A DNA stretch of 64,000 nt, taken from NCBI GenBank assembly GCA_015063645.1, contig SVTS01000004.1, forward strand, positions 1,155 to 65,154, in the 5' to 3' direction. Below the pieces are notes generated by a model, which had not been told where the DNA came from, did no database searches, and was given only the letters and a program-made list of their open reading frames with translations. The translations under genes and the position numbers were made by a program. Positions 27,665 to 36,828 of this stretch are shown in pieces. This DNA is from Oscillospiraceae bacterium (GTDB lineage Bacteria > Bacillota > Clostridia > Oscillospirales > CAG-272). Position 1 is the first letter of the stretch; each line of letters opens with the position of its first letter.

Positions 27665-29446
27665 TTATTCAAAATCAAAGGACATGATATGCACGTCATC
27701 CGCGCCCCAGGTTTCCATAACGGCGAGGCGAATGCCGGTAACCTTGCGGCACACGGGAGCGGTAACCAGACGGCGGAGATTTTCCGTCTCAAAGAGTACG
27801 CCTTCCCAGCCGTTTTCGGTTTCGATCTCCAGCGAGTACACTTTCGCCAGCGTTTTCGGCATACACATCACAGGAGACTCCGGTGTCAGGCTGGCACCGC
27901 GCATAGAGTGGGTACGCTCACACTTATCGCCCGGCAGGGTGATGCGATCCAGATCGGAGTCAAAAATCACGCGGACGCGGGAAACTTCCGTGGGCTCATC
28001 CATATGATACTCCACGGAGGCGCCGATACCCATGGTGAAGCCCTGTTCACCCTCGCCGTAGATGGCGTTATTGCGGTCGATGCCGCTGCGCAGGTTCAGG
28101 ATATCGCCGGAAACGGCGTCGTCACAGCTCAGTTCGGCTGCCAGAGCCGCTTCACTGACAGTACGGCGGCACCAGGGCAGGAAGCAGTCGTCGTACATCA
28201 GCGTCTGCTGCAGCTCATCCAGATGGGATTCATACACACCGCGGGGGGAGGTTTCGTACTTCCGCGCGATTGCCGCGGCGGTACCCACCGCCTGACCGAT
28301 GACGGAACAGGTCGCCATAACACGGCTGGAGCTCATTGCCACATGCGTCATGCTGATATTCCGACCGGCGAAGAACAGATTCTCCATGTTGCGGGAATAC
28401 ATGGTACGGTAGGGGATACCGTAAGGAGAGCCGGGCTGCACGGAGCGGTTTGCCTTACCCGGATTATTGAATCCGCGGGGATCGTGATCGTCCAGAGGCC
28501 AGCCGCCGAAGGCAACCGTATCCTCAAATTTGCCGCCTGCCATGATATCATTCTGCGTCATGAGAACGTCACCCAGCATACGGCGGGATTCTCTCTTACC
28601 CGGCAGGAAGCCGAGGAAATCCAGCTGCCAGTTTGCCGCATCGGGAAATTCGCCGCTGTTCTTGAACGCATCCCACATGCCGTAGGCAAGCGCCACAAGC
28701 TCGTCGCGCACAACTTCCGAATCACCGATGGAATCCCGGTCACCACCCAATTCCAGATACCAGAAATTCTCCGAAGAGCGTTCCAGATGGGGACGGCGGC
28801 GTTTCAGATCCTCCGCCGTCAGTTTCTTTGCCCATGCGGGCGCGATAAACTCCACGGGATGATCCAGCTTACGTCCCTGAAGCAGGCAGGACATGCCCAT
28901 CGTCTTGCTGTCCGCTTCCTCCACGGCAAGCTCCTCACCGAATTCCGCCACGGCTTCGCGGCCGATGCGGAAATCCGCGCCGGTCAGGGGCGCGAGGATG
29001 GAATCTCCGGAGCAGTCGGCGAAGAGATCCGCCTCCACGCAGATAAAGCGCTGGGTGGTCATCTGCCAGCCGGTGACGGAGACGATGCGGTTTCCGTCCG
29101 TCTCCGCGTCCATACAGGAGGTATTGAGCAGAAGCGTCAGATGGGGCTCCGCCTTGGCGAGAGCATACATCTGCGCATCCCACAGGGAGTAGATTTTATA
29201 GGGATTGTAGTGCAGATTGGAGAGCTGCAGCTCCTCAATCAAACCGGTCTCGCGGTTTCCCTCGCCCTGCGCTCCGCAAACCCACATGCGGATTTCGGAG
29301 GAGGCGTTTCCGCCGAGCATGGGACGTTCATGCATCAGAACCGTATCGATACCGTGCCGTGCGGCGGCAACGGCGGCGCAGAGTCCGGAAAGACCGCCGC
29401 CGACCACGCAGAAATCCGCACGGATTTTCTGTGTCGTAAGTGCCAT
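27665..29446 (-). CDS. FAD-dependent oxidoreductase (PUL-associated FAD_oxidored type)
   Basis: N-terminal dinucleotide fold DFCVVGGGLSGLCAAVAAARHG..ERPMLGGNASSE; 593 aa. Confidence 0.8.
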   Translation of the reverse strand: MALTTQKIRADFCVVGGGLSGLCAAVAAARHGIDTVLMHERPMLGGNASSEIRMWVCGAQGEGNRETGLIEELQLSNLHYNPYKIYSLWDAQMYALAKAEPHLTLLLNTSCMDAETDGNRIVSVTGWQMTTQRFICVEADLFADCSGDSILAPLTGADFRIGREAVAEFGEELAVEEADSKTMGMSCLLQGRKLDHPVEFIAPAWAKKLTAEDLKRRRPHLERSSENFWYLELGGDRDSIGDSEVVRDELVALAYGMWDAFKNSGEFPDAANWQLDFLGFLPGKRESRRMLGDVLMTQNDIMAGGKFEDTVAFGGWPLDDHDPRGFNNPGKANRSVQPGSPYGIPYRTMYSRNMENLFFAGRNISMTHVAMSSSRVMATCSVIGQAVGTAAAIARKYETSPRGVYESHLDELQQTLMYDDCFLPWCRRTVSEAALAAELSCDDAVSGDILNLRSGIDRNNAIYGEGEQGFTMGIGASVEYHMDEPTEVSRVRVIFDSDLDRITLPGDKCERTHSMRGASLTPESPVMCMPKTLAKVYSLEIETENGWEGVLFETENLRRLVTAPVCRKVTGIRLAVMETWGADDVHIMSFDFE

Positions 29447-29474
29447 ATCGTTACCTCAGTTATAACTGGAATTA

Positions 29475-31139
29475 TTACAGAGCAGCGGCGATCATGCCAT
29501 TGATCTTCTCGCGGAGAGAAAGGAGATAGTTCGCGTTCTTGGGATAGCAGGAGAAGGTCAGCTTATCGCTGAGTCCCTCGTCAATTGCGGCGAGAACGGC
29601 ATCCTTGCCGCACAGGGAAGCCGCCAGCTCAAAGGCACGGATATCCTGCATTGCCTGTGCAACGTGCATGAAGTGGAGCGTCTCATATGCCGTTCCGTCG
29701 GGAGCGGGATATACGGCAAAGCCGTCGCCTGCGGGGAAGAAGTATTCACCGTCGTTGCAGTGATAGGGATCGATATTGCTGATGGAATACTGGCTGTTGT
29801 AGAAGTTGTAGCCCCACTGCAGGAAGCCCACGATATCGTGCTTGAACATCTGCGCGCCGAGAACGCGGGTACGGTAGCCGGGCATTGCGATAAAGCGGTT
29901 GGATACGCCAACGCCCTGAGAGCAGCAGTAATAGGTCCACAGACCCGGGATCTTTGCCTCCAGGAAGGGTTCGATGTGGTTGTTGGAGGGAATCGGATGG
30001 GACAGAGCGCCCGTCTGATAGAAATCAAACTTGGACAGCGCGTCCATGATGTAGTAATCTGCCAGATGCTTATCCAGAACGGCACGAACCTTCTTGTACT
30101 GTTCCAGATGATCCAGACCGGGCTCGTCGGAGACGTGGAATACACATCTCTGATCCGCGCCGATGGCCTTCAGGTAGCGGAGAAGTGCGGGCAGGAATGC
30201 ATCCAGGAAGGATGTATATTCTTCGCCCAGAGAATCGGTCTCCCAGCCGAATACTTTCTTGTATTCGCCGTCCACGGTCGCCATGATCTTGGGAGCATGA
30301 CCCGCGCCCCACTGGGTGAAGAGATGGCTGATCTCGATATACTCAACGCCGCAGCGGTTGAGGATGTCGATCCATCTGCCCAGCTTATCAAATCCGAAGA
30401 ACCATCTGCCCTCGGTGCGGACAACGTCCACCAGCTGTACGGTGGTACGCTCTCCGCCCACAGCGGTATCCAGCGGAGGCGTGAATACGGGGGTCAGGAT
30501 CATATTGATGGAGTTCTTCGCAGCGGTGCGGATAAAGTTCTCCACGATGCGCCAGTGTTCCTCGCTCCATACGGGAACGTGATAGTAATCAGCCAGGCAG
30601 TCCGCATGGAACCACTCGGTGTGGCGGGTCGTCTGTGCGGGAATCTGCGCGCCGACAACAGTCAGGGTGAAGGTCTCGGAGAGCACTTCCTCGCCGTTGG
30701 CGTTGACCAGATAAATGCGGATAGGATACTCGCCTGCGGGCTGATTCTTCGGTACGTTCACGTCGATCCACAGAGAACGGGTGTCAGCGTAAACGATATA
30801 CAGCTGCTTGGTGGCAGGAGCAGGGATCATCAGATCGGGATAGAGATCGGGGGTACGGCGCAGATAGTCATCGTCGTAGCGGGTCTTGTATGCGGGGAAG
30901 CGTACGGGAACGCTCTCCACAACCTGAGCGCTGACAGCATCGGCGATGGGGGATTCCACGCGCCAGAACACGACCTGCTTGTGATCCAGACGTTCATTAT
31001 TACTGCGCCAGATCAGCTGGAAAGAATAGCGCTCACCCTGCAGGGCAGAGGCCGATTTCAGCTCGGGGAAGGATTCCACTTCCTGATCCCAGAAGCATTT
31101 CTCAAGGGATGAAACCAAACGATAAGAAATAACAGACAT
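29475..31139 (-). CDS. DUF4091-like glycoside-hydrolase-related protein
   Basis: N-terminus ..LVSSLEKCFWDQ.. and overall length resemble DUF4091-containing proteins; family call made from memory. Confidence 0.6.
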   Translation of the reverse strand: MSVISYRLVSSLEKCFWDQEVESFPELKSASALQGERYSFQLIWRSNNERLDHKQVVFWRVESPIADAVSAQVVESVPVRFPAYKTRYDDDYLRRTPDLYPDLMIPAPATKQLYIVYADTRSLWIDVNVPKNQPAGEYPIRIYLVNANGEEVLSETFTLTVVGAQIPAQTTRHTEWFHADCLADYYHVPVWSEEHWRIVENFIRTAAKNSINMILTPVFTPPLDTAVGGERTTVQLVDVVRTEGRWFFGFDKLGRWIDILNRCGVEYIEISHLFTQWGAGHAPKIMATVDGEYKKVFGWETDSLGEEYTSFLDAFLPALLRYLKAIGADQRCVFHVSDEPGLDHLEQYKKVRAVLDKHLADYYIMDALSKFDFYQTGALSHPIPSNNHIEPFLEAKIPGLWTYYCCSQGVGVSNRFIAMPGYRTRVLGAQMFKHDIVGFLQWGYNFYNSQYSISNIDPYHCNDGEYFFPAGDGFAVYPAPDGTAYETLHFMHVAQAMQDIRAFELAASLCGKDAVLAAIDEGLSDKLTFSCYPKNANYLLSLREKINGMIAAAL

Positions 31140-31201
31140 GGGTATATATCTCCTGTTTAATAAATTTTCCTGTTGGATAATCCGGGGGTATCAATTCCGC
31201 T

Positions 31202-33148
31202 TTATTCTTCGATTTCCTTAACGCTTCCGTCGGAAAGCGTCAGTCTGATCGATGTCGACGCCACATCCGTGCATGCTTCCACTGCAGTGATCCGCGGTGC
31301 GTTGCCGTCAAACGGGCACAGCACCGTCACAAGACGGATGCTTCCCTGGAATACGCCGCGGTTCTGCACGGTCGGGATCGGCTTGTGATCCGGATCCTTT
31401 ACACCGTAGTGTCTCGGCAGCCAGCCCTGATACTCAGGCGTCAGCTCGCCCCGCAAAATCCGCATGCTGCCGGCGGACATCACTGCCGTGATGCCTACGC
31501 CGTCCTCACAGACGTTGTTCACACTGCGTCCGGACAGCGTTGTCGGATTGTCGTGCATATGCCACAGGGATTCGTAGGTGTGCGTCTCTTCATCCGCCGC
31601 GGCGAGCCGATCCACCGCGATGAACATCGGCGGCAGCCCCGCTTCGTTTTTCAGGAAGATGAAGCGGCGGGTGTGAGTCACGGGAATGTGATTCGCCCCG
31701 TAGCCCTCGGTGTAACTTGCCTCGGCGGTATCGCGGGTCTCGCCCGGGATGAATTTCGTGTCGGATTTCAGGGAGATCATCTCCGGCTCCCACGCCACAA
31801 AGCCGCGGCGCGCCTGATCCTTTCCGTCCACGCGGATTGTGTTGTGACCGCGGGTGGAAAGCACGTATTTACGCATTTCGGAGGAGTCATACGCGAACTG
31901 TCCCGCCTCTGTGATCAATTCGTGCCCTAGGGCAAAAATCTGTACGTTCAGTTTATCCTCGTGCTGATGCGCGGTACCGAAGGGGGATCCGTCCATGTAC
32001 GCCCAGTATCCCATCGGATCCCAGCCGTCACGCATGATCACGGCTCCGCCGTATTCCATCAGCAGGGAGCTGCATGCAGGCGGACATCCCTCCGCACGCT
32101 CCGTGGCGAACCAGCGGTAATCTTCGCGGTCGGGATACAGCGCCCATGCTTTCTTCAGCGCGCTCATGGCGTTCAGATGTCCGCCGTCATTCATCGTGGG
32201 GCAGAACAGATCAGGACGTGCCGTTTTGGGATAGCAGTCATACATCTTGCACAGACCCTCTTCCAGATAGGAAGGCGGCGTCTTATCCGCACGGCGGTAC
32301 ATCTCCAGCGTTCCCTCATAGTTGGAAACCACCACATGGTGATAGCCCATGGACAGCTCGTTCTGCATGCCGTCGGGATAGACCTGTACGTCCAGCTCCT
32401 CTTTCAGACGCATATGGGCGTATTCCAGCCACTCCGCGCTGTCTTTGAAGAAAGTACAGAACAGACCGATACGGGAGAGACCGTGCATCTCCATGATCAG
32501 CCAGTTGCGGGCAGTGTTGAATCCCCTCAGCCGCCAGCCGTGCTCCCAGAGGGATTTGCAGTAGACGGTCAGCGCCTCATCGGAGAAAGAGGGGGAATGC
32601 AGGAACGCATGGAGCGCGAAGATCCAGCAGCTCATGCGGATGCCCGCTTCGATGGTGCGCCAGCAAACGGTGGAATACCCGCTGGCGTTCTCCGGCACCT
32701 GAGCCTGAATCGCCCAGGAGATCATCTGCGCCGACCATTCGGCGGCGTATCTCTCATCGCCTGTGGCGATGTATGCCTGCGCCAGTGTGCGCCATTCGGG
32801 ATGGCGGTTCAGCTGCCAGGGCCATTCTTTATAGGCGTTGTAAGTAGGATTGAGCTCCCAGTCGATCTTCCCGTCAAAGGTGTGGGCAACGCCGCAGGAT
32901 ACAAACGTGTGTCCCATGACTTTCTCCGCCGACTCCATCAGCGAATCCCGCCGGGCAAGGATGCTCTCCTTCTCCGGTGCAATGTATCTCGCAGGATTCA
33001 GTACACCGCGGACATAATCGGCAAAGATCTTCTGCGCAGCGGCGAAATCGCCTGCCTCCGCCAGAGCCGGCAGAGATGCCAGCGCCGGGATGGAAGTATC
33101 CACACATTCGGTGAAGAACTGACTGTCACTCAGCCTTGTTGTAATCAT
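31202..33148 (-). CDS. heparinase II/III family protein (alginate-lyase-like N-domain + heparinase II/III C-domain)
   Basis: Start at MITTRLS (RBS AAAGGAGA); WPWQLNRH, ..GTAHQHEDKLNVQIF.. blocks typical of the family. Confidence 0.75.
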   Translation of the reverse strand: MITTRLSDSQFFTECVDTSIPALASLPALAEAGDFAAAQKIFADYVRGVLNPARYIAPEKESILARRDSLMESAEKVMGHTFVSCGVAHTFDGKIDWELNPTYNAYKEWPWQLNRHPEWRTLAQAYIATGDERYAAEWSAQMISWAIQAQVPENASGYSTVCWRTIEAGIRMSCWIFALHAFLHSPSFSDEALTVYCKSLWEHGWRLRGFNTARNWLIMEMHGLSRIGLFCTFFKDSAEWLEYAHMRLKEELDVQVYPDGMQNELSMGYHHVVVSNYEGTLEMYRRADKTPPSYLEEGLCKMYDCYPKTARPDLFCPTMNDGGHLNAMSALKKAWALYPDREDYRWFATERAEGCPPACSSLLMEYGGAVIMRDGWDPMGYWAYMDGSPFGTAHQHEDKLNVQIFALGHELITEAGQFAYDSSEMRKYVLSTRGHNTIRVDGKDQARRGFVAWEPEMISLKSDTKFIPGETRDTAEASYTEGYGANHIPVTHTRRFIFLKNEAGLPPMFIAVDRLAAADEETHTYESLWHMHDNPTTLSGRSVNNVCEDGVGITAVMSAGSMRILRGELTPEYQGWLPRHYGVKDPDHKPIPTVQNRGVFQGSIRLVTVLCPFDGNAPRITAVEACTDVASTSIRLTLSDGSVKEIEE

Positions 33149-33200
33149 ATCAGAATCTCCTTTTGTATGTAAGGATATTATGCGGTAATCATACATGGTC

Positions 33201-33229
33201 ATTGTAGCAGAAATGGGACGTATTTGCAA
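33201..33229 (-). promoter_or_regulatory. sigma-A promoter of heparinase/DUF4091/FAD-oxidoreductase operon
   Basis: Minus strand TTGCAA-17 nt-TACAAT. Confidence 0.6.
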
Positions 33230-33329
33230 TAGGGCAGCGGAAAATTCAGCAAAAAAATCCGCTCCGCGCACATAAATCCCGCCATACTGCACAAACTACC
33301 CACGAATCAATCAGAAAGGAATTACAATC

Positions 33330-33764
33330 ATGATCGAACAGGATACCGTCCGCCTGCTGCGCGAATGCGACGCTGGCGTCAAAATGGGCACAGCCTCCAT
33401 CGATGACGTGCTGGATTTCGTCCGCTCCGAGGAAATGCGCGCCCATCTCGTTCACTCCAAAGAGGAACACAATTCCCTGGAGGGAGAAATCGAAGCTGCA
33501 CTCCACCGCTTCCACGACGAGGGGAAAGAACCGAATCCCATCGCCAAGAGCATGTCGTGGATGAAGACCAACGTCATGCTGAAAATGCACGAATCCGACA
33601 ACACCATCGCGGATCTGATGACAGACGGCTGTGATATGGGTGTCAAATCCCTCAGCCGCTATCTCAATGAGTACAAAGCCGCCGATGAGAGTGCCAAGGA
33701 CATCGCGAAAAAGCTGATTCACATGGAGGAAACACTGGGACAGCAGATGCGCGCCTATCTGTGA
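33330..33764 (+). CDS. hypothetical helical protein
   Basis: 144 aa ORF, RBS GAAAGGAA; helix-rich composition; no family recognised with confidence. Confidence 0.6.
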   Translation: MIEQDTVRLLRECDAGVKMGTASIDDVLDFVRSEEMRAHLVHSKEEHNSLEGEIEAALHRFHDEGKEPNPIAKSMSWMKTNVMLKMHESDNTIADLMTDGCDMGVKSLSRYLNEYKAADESAKDIAKKLIHMEETLGQQMRAYL

Positions 33765-33867
33765 GCAGGAATTGTCAGCTTCCGCTGAGCCAGGGAAATG
33801 AGGAGAGGGTGAATTGCCCTCCGCGCGGTGTCAGCCGCGCAAAAAGCTGCACAGCAAAAGATATCTG

Positions 33868-33896
33868 TTGACACTGTGGACAATCTGTGCTATAAT
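33868..33896 (+). promoter_or_regulatory. consensus sigma-A promoter
   Basis: TTGACA-17 nt-(TGc)TATAAT. Confidence 0.75.
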
Positions 33897-33939
33897 AACC
33901 CCATCACCACCCCCGCTCAGCGGAAAAGGAGGGCGTCCC

Positions 33940-34806
33940 ATGAAAATCATCCCTGTCTGCGAAATGGATATGCACGCGCAGGACGGCGCGATTTACGGCG
34001 ATTATCTCTTCCGTTTCAACGGAAAAGGGCTCTGCCGCGTTTTTGATGCCCGCGGTCTTACGGCAGGCGTGCAGTCTCTCGCACGCATTGCGGAATTCCG
34101 TATCTCCGGCGAGGATCCGCTGGTTCCTCATTTCAATGCAGTCTGCTTCGGCTCGGAATTCTATGCCAGGGGAGACGAATTCCCGCTGATGTACGCCAAT
34201 CTCTATAACAATTACGCCAAAGAGGAAAACCGCCGGGAGGGCGTCTGCTGCGTCTACCGCATGCAGCGATCCGGCACGGATTTCTCCATGACCCTGGTGC
34301 AGATCATCCGCATCGGCTTCACCGATGACCGCATCCTCTGGCGTTCCGCCGAGGGGACGAACGACGTTCGCCCCTACGGCAATTTCGTGGTGGATACGGA
34401 AAAGAATCTGCTGCACGTTTTCACCATGCGCGACGCGGATCACACCGCCCGGTATTTCACCTTCAAACTGCCCCGTCTGGCAGATTCCGTCCCGGATCCG
34501 GAATTCGGCATCCCCTCCGTAACGCTGGGGCGGGAAGATATCCTCAGCTTCTTCGATACGGAGTATCACCTGTATATCCAGGGTGCCTGCTGCCACGGCG
34601 GTCTGATCTACTCCTCCGAGGGATTCAACGAGAAGATCCCGCCGGCACTGCGCGTGATCGATCCCGCAGAGAAGAAACAGATCCGCCATATGCACCTGCC
34701 GGATTACGGCTATACCGTAGAAGCGGAGTGGATTGAGTTTTACGGCGGAAAGTGCTATTACAGCGATGCCCACGGGCAGACCTTCCTTGTGGATTTTGAT
34801 CTTTGA
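33940..34806 (+). CDS. hypothetical protein
   Basis: 288 aa from MKIIPVC with RBS AAAAGGAGGG; the longer ORF start at 33814 lies over the promoter. Confidence 0.6.
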   Translation: MKIIPVCEMDMHAQDGAIYGDYLFRFNGKGLCRVFDARGLTAGVQSLARIAEFRISGEDPLVPHFNAVCFGSEFYARGDEFPLMYANLYNNYAKEENRREGVCCVYRMQRSGTDFSMTLVQIIRIGFTDDRILWRSAEGTNDVRPYGNFVVDTEKNLLHVFTMRDADHTARYFTFKLPRLADSVPDPEFGIPSVTLGREDILSFFDTEYHLYIQGACCHGGLIYSSEGFNEKIPPALRVIDPAEKKQIRHMHLPDYGYTVEAEWIEFYGGKCYYSDAHGQTFLVDFDL

Positions 34807-34877
34807 TGCCATACCCCGGCGGAATCAACCCGTTTCCGCCGGGGTAAAATTTTTTTGAACTTTTTTTGCAAAACCCC

Positions 34878-34906
34878 TTGCTTTTTTTTCGGAAGCGTGA
34901 TATAAT
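34878..34906 (+). promoter_or_regulatory. sigma-A promoter of tRNA-Ser
   Basis: TTGCTT-17 nt-(TGa)TATAAT, about 50 nt upstream of the tRNA. Confidence 0.65.
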
Positions 34907-34955
34907 ATTGAAGCTGTCAAGTGAATAGTAAATGTTCCATAGACGCGGCACACAT

Positions 34956-35048
34956 GCAAAGGTGGCTGAGCTGGTCTAAGGCGCACGACTGGAAATCGTG
35001 TGTTCGGCTAATAACCGACCGAGGGTTCGAATCCCTCCCTTTGCGCCA
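34956..35048 (+). tRNA. tRNA-Ser (anticodon GGA), CCA encoded
   Basis: Acceptor GCAAAGG/CCTTTGC, anticodon arm CACGA-cuGGAaa-TCGTG, long variable arm, T-arm GAGGG-TTCGAAT-CCCTC, G discriminator + CCA. Confidence 0.9.
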
Positions 35049-35088
35049 AAACAAAAAATCTCGTCTTCGACGAGATTTTTTGTTTTGG
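35047..35088 (+). terminator. rho-independent terminator after tRNA-Ser
   Basis: CAAAACAAAAAATCTCGTC-ttc-GACGAGATTTTTTGTTTTG perfect long hairpin. Confidence 0.8.
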
Positions 35089-35092
35089 CGCA

Positions 35093-35245
35093 GTGATGTG
35101 TTCCGCTGCGCGGAACGTGAAGCGTGCTCTGCACGTGAAGTGTGCCCTGCGGGCACGTGATGGCGCTTCGCACTGATGCGGAACACATCTCTTCACGTTG
35201 CGCCGCAGGCGCAATTCTTCACTTGCCCGCAAGGGCATACTTCAC
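35093..35245 (+). repeat. array of six mini-hairpins punctuated by GTGA(A/T)G (left half) and CTTCAC (right half)
   Basis: GTTCCGC-tgc-GCGGAAC, CGTGC-tct-GCACG, GTGCCC-tgc-GGGCAC, GCG-ctt-CGC, TGCGCC-gca-GGCGCA, TGCCC-gcaa-GGGCA; 12-nt long-range pairing 35095..35106 / 35178..35189. Confidence 0.7.
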
Positions 35246-35301
35246 TTTGCGATATGACAGCATCTGCTCTCACATATATTTACTATCAAAGGAGGCCGCT
35301 C

Positions 35302-35796
35302 ATGTCCCCATCCATCCGCCCCATGACATCCGTCTATCTGATCCGTGACGAATCCTTTCTTCTGCTCTACCGGCAGGGCGGCAGGGTCGTCAGCGATGTC
35401 TGGACCGGCGCCGCCGGCGGGCATTTCGAAGAGGGGGAGATGCGGGATCCCCGGGCCTGTCTGCTCAGGGAGATGCGGGAGGAAATCGGTCTGACAGAGG
35501 CGGACATCGAAGACCTCGCCCTCCGCTACATCACCCTGCGGTATGTGAATGGCGAGATCCGCCAGAATTACTATTTCTTTGCCCGTCTGAAAGACGGCGT
35601 CAGCGGTGATCTCCATTCCACGGAGGGGACGCTCCGCTGGATTCCTTTCACGGACGCGCTCCCGCTTGCAATGCCCGTCAGCGCAAAATATGTCGTGGAA
35701 CATTATCTGAACACAGGACGGTTTGACAACTGCCTCCGGGGAGGTATTTCCGCGCCGGACGGAACGCAGTTCGTATGCATGGACGACACCGTCTGA
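35302..35796 (+). CDS. NUDIX hydrolase
   Basis: Start MSPSIRP with RBS AAAGGAGG; Nudix box GGHFEEGE..x..REMREEIGL. Confidence 0.8.
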   Translation: MSPSIRPMTSVYLIRDESFLLLYRQGGRVVSDVWTGAAGGHFEEGEMRDPRACLLREMREEIGLTEADIEDLALRYITLRYVNGEIRQNYYFFARLKDGVSGDLHSTEGTLRWIPFTDALPLAMPVSAKYVVEHYLNTGRFDNCLRGGISAPDGTQFVCMDDTV

Positions 35797-35813
35797 ATAC
35801 AGGAGGACACATC

Positions 35814-36713
35814 ATGAAACTCGCGACCACAACAGGCGATTTCTTTTCCTATACCCATTCCCAGACTGAATCCCTGCGCCATATCCGTGCCGCCGGATTC
35901 CATTTCGCGGATTACAGCTTCGGCAGTGATTACCGGAATCGAACCGGCGTGTACAGCGAGAATTACCTCGCCTATTTCGATGAAATCTCCCGTGCCGCAC
36001 AGGATATCGGCATCACCCTGATTCAGGCGCACGCGCCCATGGGCAAGCCGCTGGTGGATCCCGACGGCGCACTTCTTGCGGATACGATCCGCTGCGTGGA
36101 CGCCTGCGGCGCGTGGGGCATCCCCAATCTGGTGGTACATTCCGGCTACCGCCCCGGCATTTCCCCGGAGGAAACGTTCGCCGAAAACAGAGAATTTTTC
36201 CTGCCGATCCTGCAGCGTGCCGAAAAATACGGCGTAAACATCCTCGTGGAAAATTTCAACAAAATGCACGTGGACGGCATGTACTGGATCGACAACGCTC
36301 CCGATCTGCTGGCGCAGATCGAATGCGTGAATCATCCCCTCTTCCACGCGGTCTGGGACGTGGGACACGCCAACATGCAGGATATGCCCCAGGATGAGGC
36401 TCTGCGCCTGCTGGGCAGCCACATCCGCGCCCTCCATATTCAGGATAACATGGGCAATGCGGATTCCCACCTGCTGCCGTTCCTCGGTACTTTGAATCTG
36501 GATTCCGTGATGAACGGGCTGTCGGACATCGGCTACACGGGATATTTCACCTTTGAGGTAGGCGGCATTTTCACCCCTGCGGCAAAGCGCCGCGTATGCG
36601 AGCGGGATTCCCGCCTGGCATCGGCACCGCTGGCACTGCGCGATGCCGCCGAGCGGTATCTGTACGATCTTGGCAGAGTTGTGCTGGAAGCGTACGGATG
36701 CTTTGAAGAATAA
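35814..36713 (+). CDS. sugar phosphate isomerase/epimerase (xylose isomerase-like TIM barrel), distant paralog 4
   Basis: Start MKLATTTG (RBS CAGGAGGA); LVVHSG, LVENF, WDVGHAN, LHIQDN metal-site pattern. Confidence 0.8.
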   Translation: MKLATTTGDFFSYTHSQTESLRHIRAAGFHFADYSFGSDYRNRTGVYSENYLAYFDEISRAAQDIGITLIQAHAPMGKPLVDPDGALLADTIRCVDACGAWGIPNLVVHSGYRPGISPEETFAENREFFLPILQRAEKYGVNILVENFNKMHVDGMYWIDNAPDLLAQIECVNHPLFHAVWDVGHANMQDMPQDEALRLLGSHIRALHIQDNMGNADSHLLPFLGTLNLDSVMNGLSDIGYTGYFTFEVGGIFTPAAKRRVCERDSRLASAPLALRDAAERYLYDLGRVVLEAYGCFEE

Positions 36714-36737
36714 GGAGATAAATCGCTTCTTCTTCCC

Positions 36738-36766
36738 TTGACATCTCTCTTTTCATCCTGTATAAT
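36738..36766 (+). promoter_or_regulatory. consensus sigma-A promoter
   Basis: TTGACA-17 nt-TATAAT. Confidence 0.75.
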
Positions 36767-36828
36767 AGCCCTGTAAGGCGGTGCGGAGCATCTCCGCGCC
36801 GCCATCTTATTTTCCGGAGGATTTCACC

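Noticed and set aside
27689-29503. 604 aa plus-strand ORF
   Set aside because: It is antisense to the FAD-dependent oxidoreductase, whose GGGLSG dinucleotide-binding motif identifies the true strand.
34917-35348. Four overlapping 68-89 aa ORFs on both strands
   Set aside because: They overlap tRNA-Ser, its terminator and the hairpin array. The same DNA is open in several frames because of its repeat structure, and none has an RBS.
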